Source: Bugula neritina (lineage: Eukaryota; Animalia; Bryozoa). From it: a DNA stretch of 64,000 nucleotides. The DNA lies in contig OZ037769.1 in the NCBI GenBank assembly GCA_964035545.1, positions 8,847,929 through 8,911,928 of the forward strand, read 5' to 3'. The notes beneath the pieces are model-generated. The model was not told the DNA's origin and searched no databases. It worked only from the letters and a program-made list of their open reading frames with translations. This document shows positions 41,313-64,000 of this stretch, in pieces. The position numbers and the translations under genes are program-made. How positions within the stretch are numbered: position 1 is the stretch's first letter; each line of letters begins with the position of its first letter.

Positions 41313-44300
41313 CTCATCTATAAGCAAACATAAACCCGTGGAAGGTTTAAGTTAAAGCAAACCACAGTATCTTGGTGCTCGTATATCTCTAGGCATATCT
41401 CTCCATGTTACAGCTTCAGCTGCTTAAGCCAAATGCTCAGTTATAACCTATCTTCCCATAATCCTTGTTTTGTATACAGTTTAAAATAAAGTGACACTTT
41501 TAAATAGTATTTTTTGGTGCTGCTTAAATATGAGAGCCATTTGGTTACCTGTAAAAAGGCTGGGTTCAATTGAACATTTGAAGTCCTTCAGTTATTTCTA
41601 ATTATCTTGCAGTAACCTCAGTAGTCTAGCAGACACATTACTGATTAGCCATTCAAGTGAAATACCAAATACAATTGTCAAAACTCACAATTTGGGATGT
41701 AATAGATTAAAATTGCAATTTTGTTAAATTCAATTGAGCCTTAAATAATAAAACCCACCAGCTCAGTAGTGTCTACTAGTTTAATTTGGAGTTATGCTAT
41801 CCTCTGCTGCCTGAACTTGCACATTCTGCTGGTAGTTTCTTCCATAATATTTCTCACTGCTCAAACTTCTTGATATTAGCTCTGTTTAATGTTTAATATA
41901 TGGAAATATTTTATCATTCAAGCTGTTATTTTTATATTCAATATATTCAAAAATATTTTATGAACTTTAAAATTTATGTTTTCTCGTAAATTTTAACTAA
42001 ATATCATTATGTAATAATTACTGTGTAATATTTGTAAATATTATGTAAATATTACAATATATTTTTGCAAACAGCAGTGTTTGTTTTCTACATACTGTTG
42101 AATACATGCTATACATACCAACTGCTCATTCCTTGTTATTTATATTATGCACTGTATCGTGTTATTTAAAGTAGAGGTATATAGGCTCAGGAATTATTGA
42201 AAAATCAGCTTTAATTCATGTTTAGTAGAGTAGTTCAAGCAGTGGTGTATGTCAAAATGTTATTAACTTCTCTGAACAGATTTAATTTTAGTCACAAAGG
42301 TTAATTACCATGTGGTGGTAAAATAATTATGGTACTATGTAGCAGATGTGCAATATATTAGGTGGTGAATGCTGTTTATTATGTTGCATCAATGCAATGC
42401 CAAATTGAATAATATCTCAAAAAGTATACATTTGGAGTTGCTTGCACTCTAACAACTATATGTTGGAGAGCAGTGCTCCCTGGTGTATTACTAATTAGGT
42501 GACCACCAATGTGAAAGTGCTAACATTGTTTATAACAATGGCAAGTAGCAGGAGCTGAGGTGCAACTGTTTCGTGAAACCTCTGCATAAACAAACATGCT
42601 TAGACTAATACTATTAACTTTATGAAAGAATTTGTTGGGTGACCTGTTCATAAATATCACAAGGTCTATTGCCAAAATCACCAACAAATTTTGTTAGAGT
42701 TTACATAAAATGTAGTCCCAGCTTCAGCTTCAAACATCTATTTCTAGCAACATTTCAAAAATATCTGCATGCAGTGGTAACACCCAGTGACAAAAGTAAA
42801 AGTTATAGTAAAATTAACAGCATCTAAAATAATTGCTTCTACATGGAACCTGCATGCAAATGAGTGAAAAACTATAGCAAGGTAAGATTATTCACTAGCT
42901 TATCGTGCTTTACATATGATCAACCATGTAAGTGCATTATTCTATAAACATGTGCTATTTACTTAATCTGAATTGCATATTGCGCTCTAAGCCTGCAGAG
43001 TTTTCTTTCCTTGTGAATGTCTACTTCGTTAGCCAAAACTGCAAAACCGTTTTTGAAGTAACGGACTTGCAGTTCAAATCACGATAACCTCAGGAGACAT
43101 CAAAGCCAATTTGTTGTTTCGCTTTCGCTTTGATACCGTGAAATAGAAATTTTCAAGATCATTTGAATTTCAATTTTGTACATTCCCTTCAGTATTTTAA
43201 TATGAAGATATGTATAACAATTATGTCGCAGTTATTACGCCTAATTCTTGAATTGATAACATGTTGATATTTACTACCAGCAAAACTAAACAACCAACAA
43301 TGAACAACTTGAAGTGTGGCGCCTGCACAGTCTCTCTCTCAGAGTCAGAGTGAGAGTCAGTCTCAGTATGAGACCTGAGTCACAACTTTAAGTTTAACCC
43401 ATACTAATAGCGATACTCATATTCATAGTCATAAATTTTAATTTTGTTTTGTTTTCACGATGATCATAATTATTGCCATTATTATTATGATTAAATACAT
43501 GCCATTTTCATTTTCATTTTGTTTTCAACATGAACATGAAATGAATATTTACAATTGCTTATAGTTATACTCATACTGATACTCATCGTCATACTGGGTA
43601 ATACTCTCATACTCATACTGTGACTGAGTGATGTTAACAGAAATTTTAGTTTACTCTGGTAAAATGCAAGTGAAAATGACAATTTGAGTTTCAGTGTGAG
43701 TGTAGCATTGGTAGTCACTGGTCACGCCTTCAGTTACACTGACACATCAAATGCATCATTTGCTTTCAGTATTGCTGGTACTGATAGTTGTACTTATACA
43801 ATCAAATAGTTGCTGTGATTATAATATTGTCTATTATTATAGAGGGCCATCACTATTAGTATGCTGGTATTGTTTACGAGCTGAAGCTGCATCCTTGGGT
43901 TTGTTTTTTAAATATTTATTCTACTTTGAAAATGGATTTTTAAAGTATTACTTGTATGATTATATACAGGTGATTAAATGTCCTCTTAATCATCATATCT
44001 TGCATGTTAACAGTGTCCCCTTTTTATTAGTATTGATATCAGGTAATAGTCTATTAATTGCATTAGCAATATAAATTAGATGACAGTACTTCATAGAATC
44101 TGATACATTTTCTTATAATTTTGTAATTTTTAATTTTTGTTTAGTCTTGACTTTGAGATGAACTGCTTCTCAGACTGCATGTTTTATTGTTGCCAAGGAT
44201 GTTCAGTAAACCTTAAAATCCTTTCCGTGATAGTTAAGTGATAATGTTGCTATGCAACCATAATGGCTGTACTCTTAATAAATTATTGTAAAATAATTGT

Positions 44301-45025
44301 AACATTGTTGACTTGGCGTATTAATTGTCGCATATTTATTTATGGTCAATAAAACATATGCTAATAGCGCAATGGTAATTTGCAAATTACCTTTAGGTTA
44401 ATCTTCCAAGTGTTCCAAATTTTCAAAGTGACTAGTAGTTACTAGGGTTCTTTTATTAAGATACTACCAAAACACTAGCCCTGTAGAATAAAAAAGTTGT
44501 CAGCAAAAAACTTGATTTTAAATTGAGACAGTAGTCTATTAAGAAGATTTAAGTTTAGTTTCAAGGACATCATTGTTGACTCTTGGCTCATCTATTGTAA
44601 TTATTAAATATATAACAACTTTTGCATTTAGATTTACCATGTTTTTTCAACTTTGCTTAAATTCTTAGTTTTGCACATATTTTTTAAATACATTTAGGGC
44701 TCACAGTATCAAACATCTTGTCCCCATAAAGTTGGGATTTGGTTCCTGGTCCTCCGCTCCTAGGTACAGCCTTGACACTGGTCAGTCATCCTGTTATTTC
44801 ATGACTGTGGGTTGGCACAGTTTTTTTTGCAAAAATTAAATTTCATAAATATTTGCTTCAAACCTTCAAACCAATATTTTTACATTATCTGTATACTGTT
44901 TTGACTTTTTTGATACTAACACTATTCATAAATCATTATATTTTATGTCCTAAATAAATTTTACTTCTCTTGTAAGTTGTTAGTACATGTTGTCTACAGT
45001 TGTTTACTGCTTGTAATTTCAGATC

Positions 45026-63517
<18,492 letters not shown>

Positions 63518-64000
63518 CTAGAACTCCACCACTAGGTGTCTACAAGGCAATTCTAATTCATCATAGATCTATAATTCAGAACATACATTATTACTCTGGT
63601 GCTACTTTTAATCATCTAAATAGCAAAGTTTACATATACTAACGCTGTAATGGTTCACTTCTTTACTACACTTTAGATATATTGTATATGTAAGACTCCC
63701 TACTATTTCTAACAATAGAAAATAAGCTGTTCATTTGAAGTGTGTTTAGTATAGCCCTGATAAGCAATTGATACTGCAGAATTATCATAATAGTCATTGT
63801 ATGGTGGGTTGTATTAGTTCTAGACTATATGAAACTTACAATGCTGCCGCAGACAGCAGTTGTATAGTTGTCAAGGTCACCATTCATTTGTGTATTCTAT
63901 GTGGAGAGTTTATATGTCTGTTGTTTATAGCACTGCTTTATCATTTACACATAGTCACCTTCTAGCTGCTTACTTCATGAAATGACTATTTTAAAAATCA

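Noticed and set aside
43330-43790. ORFs 43491-43718 and 43751-44074 upstream of NAGLU
   Set aside because: Degenerate hexamer low-complexity DNA with no domain motifs.

Overview
AT-rich, intron-rich metazoan (invertebrate-like) genomic DNA. Four host genes can be spliced by hand. (1) The 3' part of a TRPV channel of the Inactive/OSM-9 type (+, 4589-11076). (2) A complete 13-exon leprecan/prolyl 3-hydroxylase ending in HDEL (-, 12296-25297). (3) A 6-exon ephrin with a GPI-type tail (+, 28539-41312). (4) An 18-exon alpha-N-acetylglucosaminidase (NAGLU; +, 45026-63517) with one GC-AG intron. The most striking element is an apparently intact ~7.5 kb two-gene DNA transposon in NAGLU intron 7 (49084-56613). 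It has ~625-bp terminal inverted repeats (TIRs), a spliced THAP-HTH-DDE transposase and a divergently oriented spliced SAP/SWIM/YqaJ (lambda-exonuclease fold) gene, i.e. ISL2EU-like. A second, ~4.5 kb TIR-bounded insert in ephrin intron 2 carries decayed, intron-split remnants of a ubiquitin-specific protease and no visible transposase. Several tandem repeats are seeded exactly on exon boundaries and copy a stop codon, a splice acceptor or splice donors. A tRNA-derived SINE, a piggyBac-type MITE, an RTE LINE fragment and large minisatellites are also present. All family calls come from reading motifs; no database searches were run.
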